Source: Vulcanimicrobiales bacterium (GTDB lineage: Bacteria > Vulcanimicrobiota > Vulcanimicrobiia > Vulcanimicrobiales > Vulcanimicrobiaceae). Taken from it: a stretch of 64,000 bases of DNA. Positions within the stretch are counted from its first letter, which is position 1, and each line of letters begins with the position of its first letter. Below the pieces are notes generated by a model. It made no database searches, was not told where the DNA came from, and saw nothing but the letters and a program-made list of their open reading frames with translations. The stretch covers positions 1 through 64,000 of the forward strand of contig JBBQQR010000002.1 in the NCBI GenBank assembly GCA_038215615.1, written 5' to 3'. A program made the position numbers and the translations under genes. Positions 22,575-31,565 of this stretch are shown one piece after another.

Positions 22575-23314
22575 TGCGCATCTATCACACGTCCGATTTG
22601 CACGATCACCGCGGCATTGCGCCGCGGCTGCGTTCGCTGCGGCAGGACTCGCCGGGCTTGCTGTTCGATTGTGGCGACTCGCTGCGAGGCAGCCAAACCG
22701 TCTATCATCGCCAAGAGCCGGTCATCGCCGAGATCGATAGCGCCGGATACGACGCGCAGGCAATCGGCAACCGCGAATTTCATTACCTGTTCGGGTGTTT
22801 ACGCGCGCGCGCCGCGCAGATGCAGCATCCGCTGATTTGCAGCAACTTGGTCGATCTCAAGGGACGCGAACTTCCGTTCTCGCGCTTTCACACGATCGAG
22901 TATGCCCCGCCGGGAGAGCGGCCCGTTCGCGTTCACCTCGCGGCAATGCTCGTCACGCAATATCCGGCCGGGAGTCCGTGGGAACGAATCTTCGGGTGGC
23001 GTTTTTTGGATCCGCAGACCGTGCTGCGCGAATACATCGAGAGCGTTCCGGCGGGCGACGCACTGATCGTGCTCTCGCATTTGGGCTTGCACCGCGACCG
23101 CGAACTCGCCGTGGGTAATCCGCGCATCGACCTGCTGCTCGGCGGACACAGTCACGACACGCTCTTCGAGCCCGAAGTGCACGGTGGCGTGCCGGTCGTG
23201 CACGCCGGTCCGTACGGAGAGTACGTTTCGCAGACCGACCTCGATTACGACGTAACGCGCGCTCGCTGGTCGCTTGCGTCGTTCGCGCTGGTTCCGCTGC
23301 TGGCGGCGGCATGA
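22574..23314 (+). CDS. Cytoplasmic calcineurin-like metallophosphoesterase (UshA/5'-nucleotidase N-domain-like); candidate UDP-2,3-diacylglucosamine hydrolase
   Basis: Motifs TSDLH, DCGD, GNRE, LSHLG and GGHSH; no signal peptide; overlaps lpxB and the next gene. Confidence 0.8.
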   Translation: MRIYHTSDLHDHRGIAPRLRSLRQDSPGLLFDCGDSLRGSQTVYHRQEPVIAEIDSAGYDAQAIGNREFHYLFGCLRARAAQMQHPLICSNLVDLKGRELPFSRFHTIEYAPPGERPVRVHLAAMLVTQYPAGSPWERIFGWRFLDPQTVLREYIESVPAGDALIVLSHLGLHRDRELAVGNPRIDLLLGGHSHDTLFEPEVHGGVPVVHAGPYGEYVSQTDLDYDVTRARWSLASFALVPLLAAA

Positions 23315-24474
23315 AATCCGTGCTGTTCGTTTCGAACGGGCACGGAGAAGCGGCGATCGCGGCGCGCATAGCGCGCGAAATAGAGAAGCTGTCGGATCTG
23401 GCGTGCGACCACTTGGCGCTCGTCGGCCCTTCGACGAGCTCGGGACAGGCTCAAGAAGCGATCTCGAACCCTTGGGCCCCGCTGCGCGACGTCGGTCCGC
23501 GCAGAAAAATGCCGAGCGGCGGAATCGTCGCGATGGGAAATTTCCGCAATCTCGCGCGAGACGTCGCGGCCGGCCTGGGTTCACTGACGATCGCGCAGTG
23601 GCGCTTTCTCGCGCGCAGCGGGCGCGATTATGCCGCCACTGTTGCGGTCGGCGATGCGTTCGCGCTCTTCATGGCGTTGCGCGCGGGCGCGCCGGTTGTT
23701 TTTGTGGGAACGGCGAAGAGCGTGTACGTCGCGCCGTACGGCCGTCTCGAAGAAGGCCTCATCCGGCGGGCATCCGCTGCATTCGTGCGCGATGCTGCGA
23801 CGGTACAGGCCCTCGCAGCTCATGGCGTTCGCGCACGCGACGCGAACGTGATGGCGGATCTCGGCGTCGCCGAGCAGGCGCAGCGCCCAACTGTGGCAGG
23901 CGACCCGCTCGTCGCTATTTTCCCGGGCAGCCGCGACGACGCATACGAGCAGGCAGCGTTCTTGCTGCGCGTGCTCGCCGGCGCACAAACGCTGCGGGCG
24001 GGAATCAGAGGTGTGCTTTCGGTCGCGCCCGGGTTGAAAGCGCAGCGATTTGCCGCCGCTTTGGAAAATGCGGGACTGAGGGTCGTTACCCGCGCCGATT
24101 CGCTCGAACCGTTTTCTGTGTATGCCGGGGGCATCGAGATCGCGCGCGCCTGGACGGGAGAGATCGGCGCGGCGATCGAGCTCGCGCAGTTAGTGCTCGG
24201 GCAAGCCGGAACGGCGAACGAGGCCGCGGCCGCCGCGGGCGCTCCTGTGATTGCATTTGAAGGCGGCGGATGGTACCGGCGCCGCCAAGTCGCGCTGCTG
24301 GGTGGGGCGCTGCGCGTACTTCCGCGCAACGAACAATCGGGCGCGCGTGAAGTGGCCGCACTCTTGCAAGACGAGCCCGAACGCGAACGAATGGCGCGCA
24401 CCGGCCGCGAGCGCTTGGGAGCGCCGGGCGCGGCGGCCCGCATCGCCGAAGAGATCGTACGGCGTTGCGCCTGA
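23311..24474 (+). CDS. Lipid-A-disaccharide synthase-related GT-B glycosyltransferase (SNGHGE family)
   Basis: Motifs SNGHGE, MPSGG, VGD, GTAKS, FPGSR and AGTANE, typical of the cyanobacterial LpxB-related family. Confidence 0.8.
   Translation: MKSVLFVSNGHGEAAIAARIAREIEKLSDLACDHLALVGPSTSSGQAQEAISNPWAPLRDVGPRRKMPSGGIVAMGNFRNLARDVAAGLGSLTIAQWRFLARSGRDYAATVAVGDAFALFMALRAGAPVVFVGTAKSVYVAPYGRLEEGLIRRASAAFVRDAATVQALAAHGVRARDANVMADLGVAEQAQRPTVAGDPLVAIFPGSRDDAYEQAAFLLRVLAGAQTLRAGIRGVLSVAPGLKAQRFAAALENAGLRVVTRADSLEPFSVYAGGIEIARAWTGEIGAAIELAQLVLGQAGTANEAAAAAGAPVIAFEGGGWYRRRQVALLGGALRVLPRNEQSGAREVAALLQDEPERERMARTGRERLGAPGAAARIAEEIVRRCA
23427..23450 (+). repeat. REP-like palindromic element inserted in-frame (encodes PSTSSGQA)
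   Basis: CCCTTCGACGAGCTCGGGACAGGC shares CCCTTCGACGAG with the intergenic copy at 8084-8095. Confidence 0.6.
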
Positions 24475-25676
24475 CGCGAGGATTACCGCTCGCGTTTGCG
24501 CTGACGAATTTCGCTATCCCGTTTTTTCCCGCGTTCATCACGCTGACGGCGGTGACCGTACCCGGCGTTTCGCTCGTGCCGCGCTGGTTCGCCGTAACGC
24601 TGCTCGTCGTGATGGCGGTCGTGGCGATCTACGCAACAATGACGCTGCTCGTTCCGCCGCTCCAAACGCCGGCAACGTTTTGGCCGCTGCTCGCCTGGAT
24701 CGGTGCGGCGCTGCTTTCCGCGGCACTGGGTTTCGATCCGCGCGGCGGCCTGCTCTTCATCGGCATCTTCGGACTCGCGCTGGTTTGGCATCTGGCGATC
24801 CTGCGCTATTACCGGGCTCCCGGCGTGAGCCGCGCGATTTTTACCAGTTACCTGCTCTCGGGCGGATTAGCTTCGCTGGCCGCGATCGTCATGGTCATCA
24901 CGCGTGTTCCGGTCTCAGAATATGCGATCGGACACGGACGCGCGATCGGGACGTTCATTCTGCCGGGCGAACTGGCGGGTTATCTCATTATTTTCTTGCC
25001 GATCTCGTACGCGGTCGCGCGCGTTTCGCAGGACGCGCGTTTACGCGTGCTGGCGTGGGCCGCGCTCGCAGCGGGCGCTGCAGCATTTTTGATGACGTTC
25101 TCGCGCGCCGGATGGATGGGACTGGCGGCGGCGATCGCGTTCTACATCTTTTTCGGCGGCGGCATCCGCCGCCGTTACGCTCCGCTCATTCTGCTGGGCG
25201 GGCTTGCTGCGGTGCTCGTGGTTTTTAACGCGCATCACAATCCGTCGGAGAACTATACGCGTCTTTCCATCTGGCAGGCCGGCATCGAAATCGTACGGCG
25301 CTTTCCGCTGACGGGCGTTGGGCCGTTTAATTTCGCCCGCATCTACCCGCTCGTGCGCTTGCCCGACGGCGATGCGGCCGCATTTCACGCGCATAGCTTT
25401 CTCCTGACGATCTTTGCCGAATTGGGCCTCGTGGGACTGCTGGCGGTACTCTTCGCCTGGTGGCGCTTTGCGCTCGAACTGCTGCGCCGGCTGCGCGGCG
25501 CGTCGCCGGCGAACTCGACCATCGCGCTCGCGGTTGCGGCGGGACTCGTCGGCACGTGGGTGCAAGGGCTCATCGATACCGTGAGCGTCGTCATCTTCGG
25601 ACTGTGGCTGCCCTCAATGGCGCTCGCATTGGTCACGGCCACGGACGGACTCGGGGAGCAACCGCGATCGTCATGA
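24465..25676 (+). CDS. O-antigen ligase (WaaL/Wzy_C) family membrane protein
   Basis: Many TM helices; TFSRAGW, RLSIW, PLTGVGPFNF, HAHS...AELGLVG. Confidence 0.88.
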   Translation: MRLTRGLPLAFALTNFAIPFFPAFITLTAVTVPGVSLVPRWFAVTLLVVMAVVAIYATMTLLVPPLQTPATFWPLLAWIGAALLSAALGFDPRGGLLFIGIFGLALVWHLAILRYYRAPGVSRAIFTSYLLSGGLASLAAIVMVITRVPVSEYAIGHGRAIGTFILPGELAGYLIIFLPISYAVARVSQDARLRVLAWAALAAGAAAFLMTFSRAGWMGLAAAIAFYIFFGGGIRRRYAPLILLGGLAAVLVVFNAHHNPSENYTRLSIWQAGIEIVRRFPLTGVGPFNFARIYPLVRLPDGDAAAFHAHSFLLTIFAELGLVGLLAVLFAWWRFALELLRRLRGASPANSTIALAVAAGLVGTWVQGLIDTVSVVIFGLWLPSMALALVTATDGLGEQPRSS

Positions 25677-26215
25677 AAAGTATTGGCCCGCTTCTGCTTG
25701 CGGCTGCGGCGCTGGGCGCGTGCAATCCTCAGCCGCTGCGCAATTCCGCGCCGGCGCCGGCGCCGACGGCGCAGGGCGTGCCGCCGCTCAAGATTACCGG
25801 TCACGGCAGCGCGGCATCGCCCGTCCGGACGTTCGAGCAGTCGGGTAACCGGAAAGTTTACGAGCTGCTGGCGCGTTCTTACGTCAGCCGCTCCGCGCAC
25901 AACGTCGCCCAAGCGACGTTTCACGAAGCAACCGTGACGTTCTATGATAGGGACGGCTCGTCGCTGACCGCGCAAGCTCCGCAAGCTGCGGTTGACGAAC
26001 GCACCAAACAAGTCACCCTTTCCGGCGGCGTTCAGGCGCACACGAGCACGGGTGCGGCGCTCACGTGCGACCGCTTGACCTACGATCGCGAGACGGGCAT
26101 GCTGGCGGGCAGCGGCAACGTGCGCATGACGGCCGACCAGAACGGATCGCACGAGGTGCTGACCGGCAACACGTTCACGTCCGATATCAAATTGACTCGA
26201 ATGGTGATCAAGTGA
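25673..26215 (+). CDS. lptC: LptC/LptA-like beta-jellyroll LPS transport lipoprotein
   Basis: Lipobox [13 protein letters not shown]...LTCDRLTYD...GSGNV repeats; directly before lptB. Confidence 0.75.
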   Translation: MKSIGPLLLAAAALGACNPQPLRNSAPAPAPTAQGVPPLKITGHGSAASPVRTFEQSGNRKVYELLARSYVSRSAHNVAQATFHEATVTFYDRDGSSLTAQAPQAAVDERTKQVTLSGGVQAHTSTGAALTCDRLTYDRETGMLAGSGNVRMTADQNGSHEVLTGNTFTSDIKLTRMVIK

Positions 26216-26967
26216 CGGCGCAGCAAAACCCGGCTCGACAGATAAACATACGCGACCTGCGTAAGCGTTACGGCGAGCGCACCGTCGTCGACGGCGTCAG
26301 CGCCGAAGTACGCACGGGAGAGATCGTCGGACTGCTCGGTCCCAACGGTGCGGGCAAGACGACCACGTTTTATATGGTCGTCGGGTTGGTCAAAGCCGAC
26401 GGCGGTTCGGTTCTGCTCGAGACGGATGGCGGCGAGATCGATCTGACGTCTGCGCCAATGTATCAGCGGTCGCGCCGCGGCATCGGCTACTTGGCCCAGG
26501 AAAACTCGATCTTCCGCAAGCTCTCCGTCGGTGACAACATCCGCCTGATTTGGGAAATGCATGGCGTGCCGCGCGAAGAGCAAGAAGCCCGCATTGGGCC
26601 GCTGCTCGAAGAATTCGGACTGCTGCACCTGATAGAAGCGCGCGGCGACAGCCTTTCGGGCGGCGAGCGCCGGCGCGTCGAGATCGCGCGTTCGCTGGCC
26701 ACCGAGCCGGCGTTCCTACTGCTTGACGAACCATTCACCGGAATCGATCCGATCGCGGTGGCCGATATCCAAGCGATGATCCGGCAGCTGCGCGACCGCG
26801 GCCTCGGCATCTTGATTACGGATCATCAGGTGCGCGAGACGCTGGCGATCGTGGACCGCGCGTACATTCTCAATAACGGACGGATTGAAGTATCCGGATC
26901 GGCGCAAGAAGTGCTCGACAGTCCGGTCGCGCGCAAGTTTTATCTGGGCGAAGGATTCCGGCTTTGA
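26212..26967 (+). CDS. lptB: LPS export ABC transporter ATP-binding protein
   Basis: [53 protein letters not shown]. Confidence 0.96.
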   Translation: MTAQQNPARQINIRDLRKRYGERTVVDGVSAEVRTGEIVGLLGPNGAGKTTTFYMVVGLVKADGGSVLLETDGGEIDLTSAPMYQRSRRGIGYLAQENSIFRKLSVGDNIRLIWEMHGVPREEQEARIGPLLEEFGLLHLIEARGDSLSGGERRRVEIARSLATEPAFLLLDEPFTGIDPIAVADIQAMIRQLRDRGLGILITDHQVRETLAIVDRAYILNNGRIEVSGSAQEVLDSPVARKFYLGEGFRL

Positions 26968-28100
26968 TTCAAGCCGCCGCCCGGCCCGCGCCGTTCAGGT
27001 TCACGATTCTCGACCGCTACATGCTCAACGAACTGCTGGGACCGTTTCTTTTCGGGCTCTCGGCGTTCACGCTGATCTTCGCAGCCGCGCAGATCATCGC
27101 GATTGGCCGCGCGGTTTCGGAAGCGCACGCACCGCTTTGGGCCGCCATCGAAGCGTTTCTTTGGCAGCTGCCTTCAATGGTCGTGCTGACGATCCCGATG
27201 GCTCTGCTACTGGGAACGCTGCTGGCGATTCAGCGGCTCTCCAGCGAGAGTGAAATCACGGCGATGAACGCCGGTGGTATTACGTTCATACGCATAATAG
27301 TGCCGCTGCTCGTCGCCGGATTCGTGATGTCGATCGTCAACCTCATCTTGCAAGAGGCGATCGTTCCCTACGCGCAGACGCAGTTCACGATCATCGAAAA
27401 CACGGTGATTAATCACACGAGCGCCTTTGCCAGCGATACGACGGTGAATGCTCCGCTGCCGGGAGGCGGGCACCAGATTACGTTCTTCAACGCGTACGAC
27501 CCCAACACGCATGGACTGATGCAGGTCACGCTCGTGCAATACGACCGGGCGGGCAGTCCGACACAGATCATCTTCGCCGACCGCGCGGACTTCGCCGCCG
27601 AGAAATGGACGCTCGATAACGCGCGCATTTACCGCTTCAGCGGCCCCGGCGGACAAAGTATCGTCGGATCGCAGACTCCGACACTGCAAGTCGAACTCGG
27701 CCAATCCCCGGCGGAGATCGCCAAACGGGCGGCGGGAAACAATCCCCTGAACATGAGCCGGAAAGAGCTTGGCGAAATCATCCGGACGGGGCAGCTCACA
27801 CCTTCCGAGCTGCGCAAATATTGGATGGCCTATCAAGAAAAGCTCGCGCAGCCGTTTGCCTGTTTCGTCTTCACGCTCATCGCGGTGCCTTTTGGGATCC
27901 GCTCGGTGCGCGGCGGCGGTAGTGCGAGTCTGGGATTTGGGTTAGCGGTGCTCATCGCGTTTATTTACTACGTCGTTCAGACGGTTTTCACGGGAATAGG
28001 CGAAGCCGCACCGTTCATCGCGGCACTTGCGGCGTGGATGCCGAACCTGATCTTCACCGCCATCGGAGCGTACCGGCTGCGCCGGGCGGCGCTTATTTAA
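26964..28100 (+). CDS. LptF/LptG family permease
   Basis: [14 protein letters not shown], periplasmic jellyroll, AWMPNLIF. Confidence 0.93.
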   Translation: MIQAAARPAPFRFTILDRYMLNELLGPFLFGLSAFTLIFAAAQIIAIGRAVSEAHAPLWAAIEAFLWQLPSMVVLTIPMALLLGTLLAIQRLSSESEITAMNAGGITFIRIIVPLLVAGFVMSIVNLILQEAIVPYAQTQFTIIENTVINHTSAFASDTTVNAPLPGGGHQITFFNAYDPNTHGLMQVTLVQYDRAGSPTQIIFADRADFAAEKWTLDNARIYRFSGPGGQSIVGSQTPTLQVELGQSPAEIAKRAAGNNPLNMSRKELGEIIRTGQLTPSELRKYWMAYQEKLAQPFACFVFTLIAVPFGIRSVRGGGSASLGFGLAVLIAFIYYVVQTVFTGIGEAAPFIAALAAWMPNLIFTAIGAYRLRRAALI

Positions 28101-29075
28101 ATGAATTTTGTCGATCTGCTCCGCGGCGCCGGCACCATTCTCTTCATCGTCGCGCTGGCCGGTCTCATCGCTTACGCGGGCGACCGCATCGGCCACCAAG
28201 TCGGAAGAAAGCGCTTGACGTTGCTCAACATCAGGCCGCGGTATACGTCGACGATCATCGCGGTTGCGACGGGAATGATCATCGCATTGATCGTCACCCT
28301 CGCCGCAATTTTCGCTTCGAATCAGGTGAAGACGGCGTTCTTCCGCCTCAATCAGATCAACGCCGAGATCGCTCAGGCGCAAGCGCGTGCGACCGAAGCC
28401 GAGAGCAAAGTCAACAATGGGCGGCTCGTCGTCGGCGTCGGCACGCCGATGGGCTACAATCCGGTACTGATTCCGCAAGACGCTTCGCCACAAGTTCGGC
28501 GGCGGCTCGTGAAGCAGCTCTACGATCAAACCGTTTCCTATGTAAACCAAGTCTATCCGCCGCTCGGATTGCGTTCGTTCAAGCCTCCGGCGAACGTACA
28601 GCAGGTGCTTGACAGCTACGCTGATAGTCCTGAGATGCGAGCTGCACTGGCTGAAGGTGACGTGCTCGTTCTGGCGGCAGCGGATCAGAATCTCTACGCG
28701 GCGGGCCGCCCCGGGGCGGTGGGCGACGAAGTGCATTTCGGAATCACGCCGCCGATCCCCGATCGCCTGATGTACAAGCGCGGCGATCTGATCGCTTATG
28801 AAAGCGTGCCCAGCGGAAAGAACGTGAACGCGCAGCTGGCGCTCTACGAATTGCTGGCGAACTTCGTTCCGCAAAAAGCGACCAGCGACGGCTTCCCGCC
28901 GTATTTCGTGAGCAACGTGAAGCCCGTGCAGTCGTTGCCACCGTCGACCGCACAAATGCAGACGATGCTCGCTAACGGTACGGGAAACTATGTCCTGTCG
29001 GCATTTGCCGCCACCGACATCTATCCGCACACGCTGCAGCTGCCGGTCGTCGTCGTACTTCAGAAGGTTCCGTGA
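28101..29075 (+). CDS. DUF3084 domain membrane protein
   Basis: N-terminal GLIAYAGDRIGHQVGRKRLTLLNIRPRYT signature. Confidence 0.8.
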   Translation: MNFVDLLRGAGTILFIVALAGLIAYAGDRIGHQVGRKRLTLLNIRPRYTSTIIAVATGMIIALIVTLAAIFASNQVKTAFFRLNQINAEIAQAQARATEAESKVNNGRLVVGVGTPMGYNPVLIPQDASPQVRRRLVKQLYDQTVSYVNQVYPPLGLRSFKPPANVQQVLDSYADSPEMRAALAEGDVLVLAAADQNLYAAGRPGAVGDEVHFGITPPIPDRLMYKRGDLIAYESVPSGKNVNAQLALYELLANFVPQKATSDGFPPYFVSNVKPVQSLPPSTAQMQTMLANGTGNYVLSAFAATDIYPHTLQLPVVVVLQKVP

Positions 29076-29488
29076 ACCAAGCTGTTCTCGGCATCGATCC
29101 GGGGACGCGCAAGATCGGTTTTGCGCTGATAGAAGACGCGGTCTCGCCCCCGCTGGCGCTGGGCATCGAAACCGTGGACGGATTGCTCGGAACGCTCAGC
29201 CCGCTCGTGGACGCTCACCCGCTTCAGGCCGTCGCGCTAGGCGGCGGAACGAATGCGGCGGCGGTCCGGGCGCTGCTCGAACGCTTAGGGGCACCGGTTC
29301 ACCTGATCGATGAGACCGACACCAGCTACCGCGCCAGGGCCCTGTATTTTGCCGACCACCCTCCGGTGGGGTGGCGCCGCCTCATCCCCCTGGGACTCCA
29401 GCTCCCGCCGCGTCCCATCGACGATTACGCGGCCCTGCTGATAGCCCGGAGGTACGCCCAACGGGGTTTTGGGCCGCCCCTGCCGTAG
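29072..29488 (+). CDS. YqgF/RuvX-like RNase H-fold nuclease
   Basis: LGIDPG, ALGGGT, IDETDTS, PIDDYAA. Confidence 0.82.
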   Translation: MNQAVLGIDPGTRKIGFALIEDAVSPPLALGIETVDGLLGTLSPLVDAHPLQAVALGGGTNAAAVRALLERLGAPVHLIDETDTSYRARALYFADHPPVGWRRLIPLGLQLPPRPIDDYAALLIARRYAQRGFGPPLP

Positions 29489-29553
29489 ATGAAACGTCCC
29501 CCGCTTTGTGCCGATAGTAAAGGTGCGCCCGTTTGCGGGTATGTGGAGAAGGT

Positions 29554-30702
29554 ATGACTGGGTTTTCTCGCTCGGCCGTCTTGATAGCGCTGGCAGCAGC
29601 GCTATCCTTGAGCGTGCCCGCGGCTGCGCGAGCAGCGGCCGGAGCGACTCTGGACCCCTCGCGGACCTTCGACCGTAACGCCGAGAGTTTTTTCTCGCTC
29701 GCCCCTGCCCGGCGCGTTGCTTCGACCTTTGGCGCGGCACTCTTTAACGTTGCGGTGACCGATTCGCTGACGCTTCCGGCTCCGGTTGCGACGCAGAGCG
29801 TGCCAGTGGCACGCGTGAATCTCACGCTGCCGGCGCAAGCCGCGCAGTCCGCGCAGGGCGTTTCAGCGCAAGCTTTCGCAACGTCCGCGCCATTGTACGC
29901 CGACGACGCGCCACTGGCGGCGCCGCTCACCGATCAGCAAGATGCGATCAGTTTGCCGGCGATAGCGCGCAGTTTTGCACAGACTCCGTCGGTCCGATTC
30001 GGCGCCTACCAGCCGTACCTGCCGACGCTGCAATCCGTCACCGCCGAACTCACGGTTCCGGTACGCATCGGCGCGCTGCATTTTTCAGGACAGCTCTCCG
30101 GCGCCGGCATGCAGTCGCTGCATCCCGATGCGTTTCATATTCTGCAGGTCTGCGGGACGACCGATCAGGCCGCGCCTTGCCCGTACGTGAGCGATGCGCA
30201 TGCACAAAGTTTGACTGCGGCGACGAACTTCACGCTGCGCACCGGAAACGAACGCCTCGGCCTTCAGCTCTCGGGCGGCGTCGAACGTATCGGCTTTCAG
30301 CAAGACGCAGCCTTTCCGTACGTCCCCGCCAATCCGGACCCGGTCTTTGGCGGCCAGGGTACCGGCAGTTTCGATCCGCAAGCTCCGATGCTGTACTATC
30401 CCGGGCTGACGAATCTGACCAAACAGAGCGTCGGGGCTAAACTGGCGGTACCGGTGACTCCGCGCGTCACCGTCGGACTGCAATACGAACAGCAGCATTA
30501 TCAGGGGCAGTACGGTGCGCTGCTTTTCCCCGGACTCGACGCGCGCAAGGATACGTATCTCGGGAACGTGACCTATCAGTTGCCCTCGGGCTCGAGCGCG
30601 ATCACCCTTTCCGCGCGCCAATATCATTATCAAGATTCTTACGCGCCCGATTATAATTTGAAGCAGACGCGCGCCGACTTGAACTTCACGGTCAAATTCT
30701 GA
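29554..30702 (+). CDS. Hypothetical exported protein, probable outer-membrane beta-barrel
   Basis: Signal peptide, Ala/Pro-rich N-terminal part, alternating amphipathic strands, C-terminal beta-signal ADLNFTVKF. Confidence 0.55.
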   Translation: MTGFSRSAVLIALAAALSLSVPAAARAAAGATLDPSRTFDRNAESFFSLAPARRVASTFGAALFNVAVTDSLTLPAPVATQSVPVARVNLTLPAQAAQSAQGVSAQAFATSAPLYADDAPLAAPLTDQQDAISLPAIARSFAQTPSVRFGAYQPYLPTLQSVTAELTVPVRIGALHFSGQLSGAGMQSLHPDAFHILQVCGTTDQAAPCPYVSDAHAQSLTAATNFTLRTGNERLGLQLSGGVERIGFQQDAAFPYVPANPDPVFGGQGTGSFDPQAPMLYYPGLTNLTKQSVGAKLAVPVTPRVTVGLQYEQQHYQGQYGALLFPGLDARKDTYLGNVTYQLPSGSSAITLSARQYHYQDSYAPDYNLKQTRADLNFTVKF

Positions 30703-31565
30703 CTGAGGCGGCACGCCGCTGCGCAGTTTACGCCATCCTCGTCATCGTCCTCGCGGTCCTCGCTGCTAGCTTAGGTTTTGTTCAGGCAGCTTCCGATGCG
30801 ATTTTTTCGCGCGCTGCCGCGCCGGTTTCGTTGCCCGCGCAGATTCCGGCCACATGGGGCGCGCAGGCGTACGCGGCAATCGAAAATATCGCCCCCGCGC
30901 CCTACGTTGCGGCCATGCTGACAACGGCCGCTCTCGACCGCAACGACTTGGCGATCGCTCAAAGCTACGCTCAGCGTTTGCCGGAGTCGGCGGCGCGAGC
31001 GGAACTCTTGGGCAGGATCGCACGCTCGCGCGGTAACGATGCGCAAGCCTACCGCTATTTCGTCGACGCCAACGACGTCTTCGCGATTCGCGGTGAGGTC
31101 GATCGTTTGGCGGTGCACGATCTACCCGGCGCGTACGAATTGGAGTTGCGTCTGAAAGACCGGCTGGAAAGAACCGCGACGCACCCCGACGCGCTAGCCG
31201 ACGCCTATTGGGGGCTCGGCCGCCTGGCGACGCAGCGCGGATATATGGACCCCACGCACCGGCGCGCGTGGTTTGAGGAAGGCATGCGCGATTACGACGC
31301 AGCCGTGAAGCTCGCGCCGCTGGCCGAAAGATATCTCGTCGCTGCCGGAAGCCAGGAACTCAATCTCGGCGAACCCGCGCGCGCGCACGCATTTTTCAAA
31401 CGCGCGGCCGACGGCAACCCGGCCAGCGCTGACGCCTATGCTGGTTTGGGCGTCGCTGCTTTCCGGCTCGGGGATCTCGCGTCCGCGCGTCAATACGAAC
31501 GGCTAAGCCGCTCGTACGATCCCCGCTCGCACTTCCTGCACACGCTGCAAGCGCTCTTGAAATGA
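30699..31565 (+). CDS. Membrane-anchored TPR protein (probable CTG start at 30699; first canonical start is TTG 30831)
   Basis: TPR-like helices (ADAYWGLG, ADAYAGLG); in-frame hydrophobic segment VYAILVIVLAVLAASLGFV lies upstream of the TTG. Confidence 0.7.
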   Translation: MTEAARRCAVYAILVIVLAVLAASLGFVQAASDAIFSRAAAPVSLPAQIPATWGAQAYAAIENIAPAPYVAAMLTTAALDRNDLAIAQSYAQRLPESAARAELLGRIARSRGNDAQAYRYFVDANDVFAIRGEVDRLAVHDLPGAYELELRLKDRLERTATHPDALADAYWGLGRLATQRGYMDPTHRRAWFEEGMRDYDAAVKLAPLAERYLVAAGSQELNLGEPARAHAFFKRAADGNPASADAYAGLGVAAFRLGDLASARQYERLSRSYDPRSHFLHTLQALLK

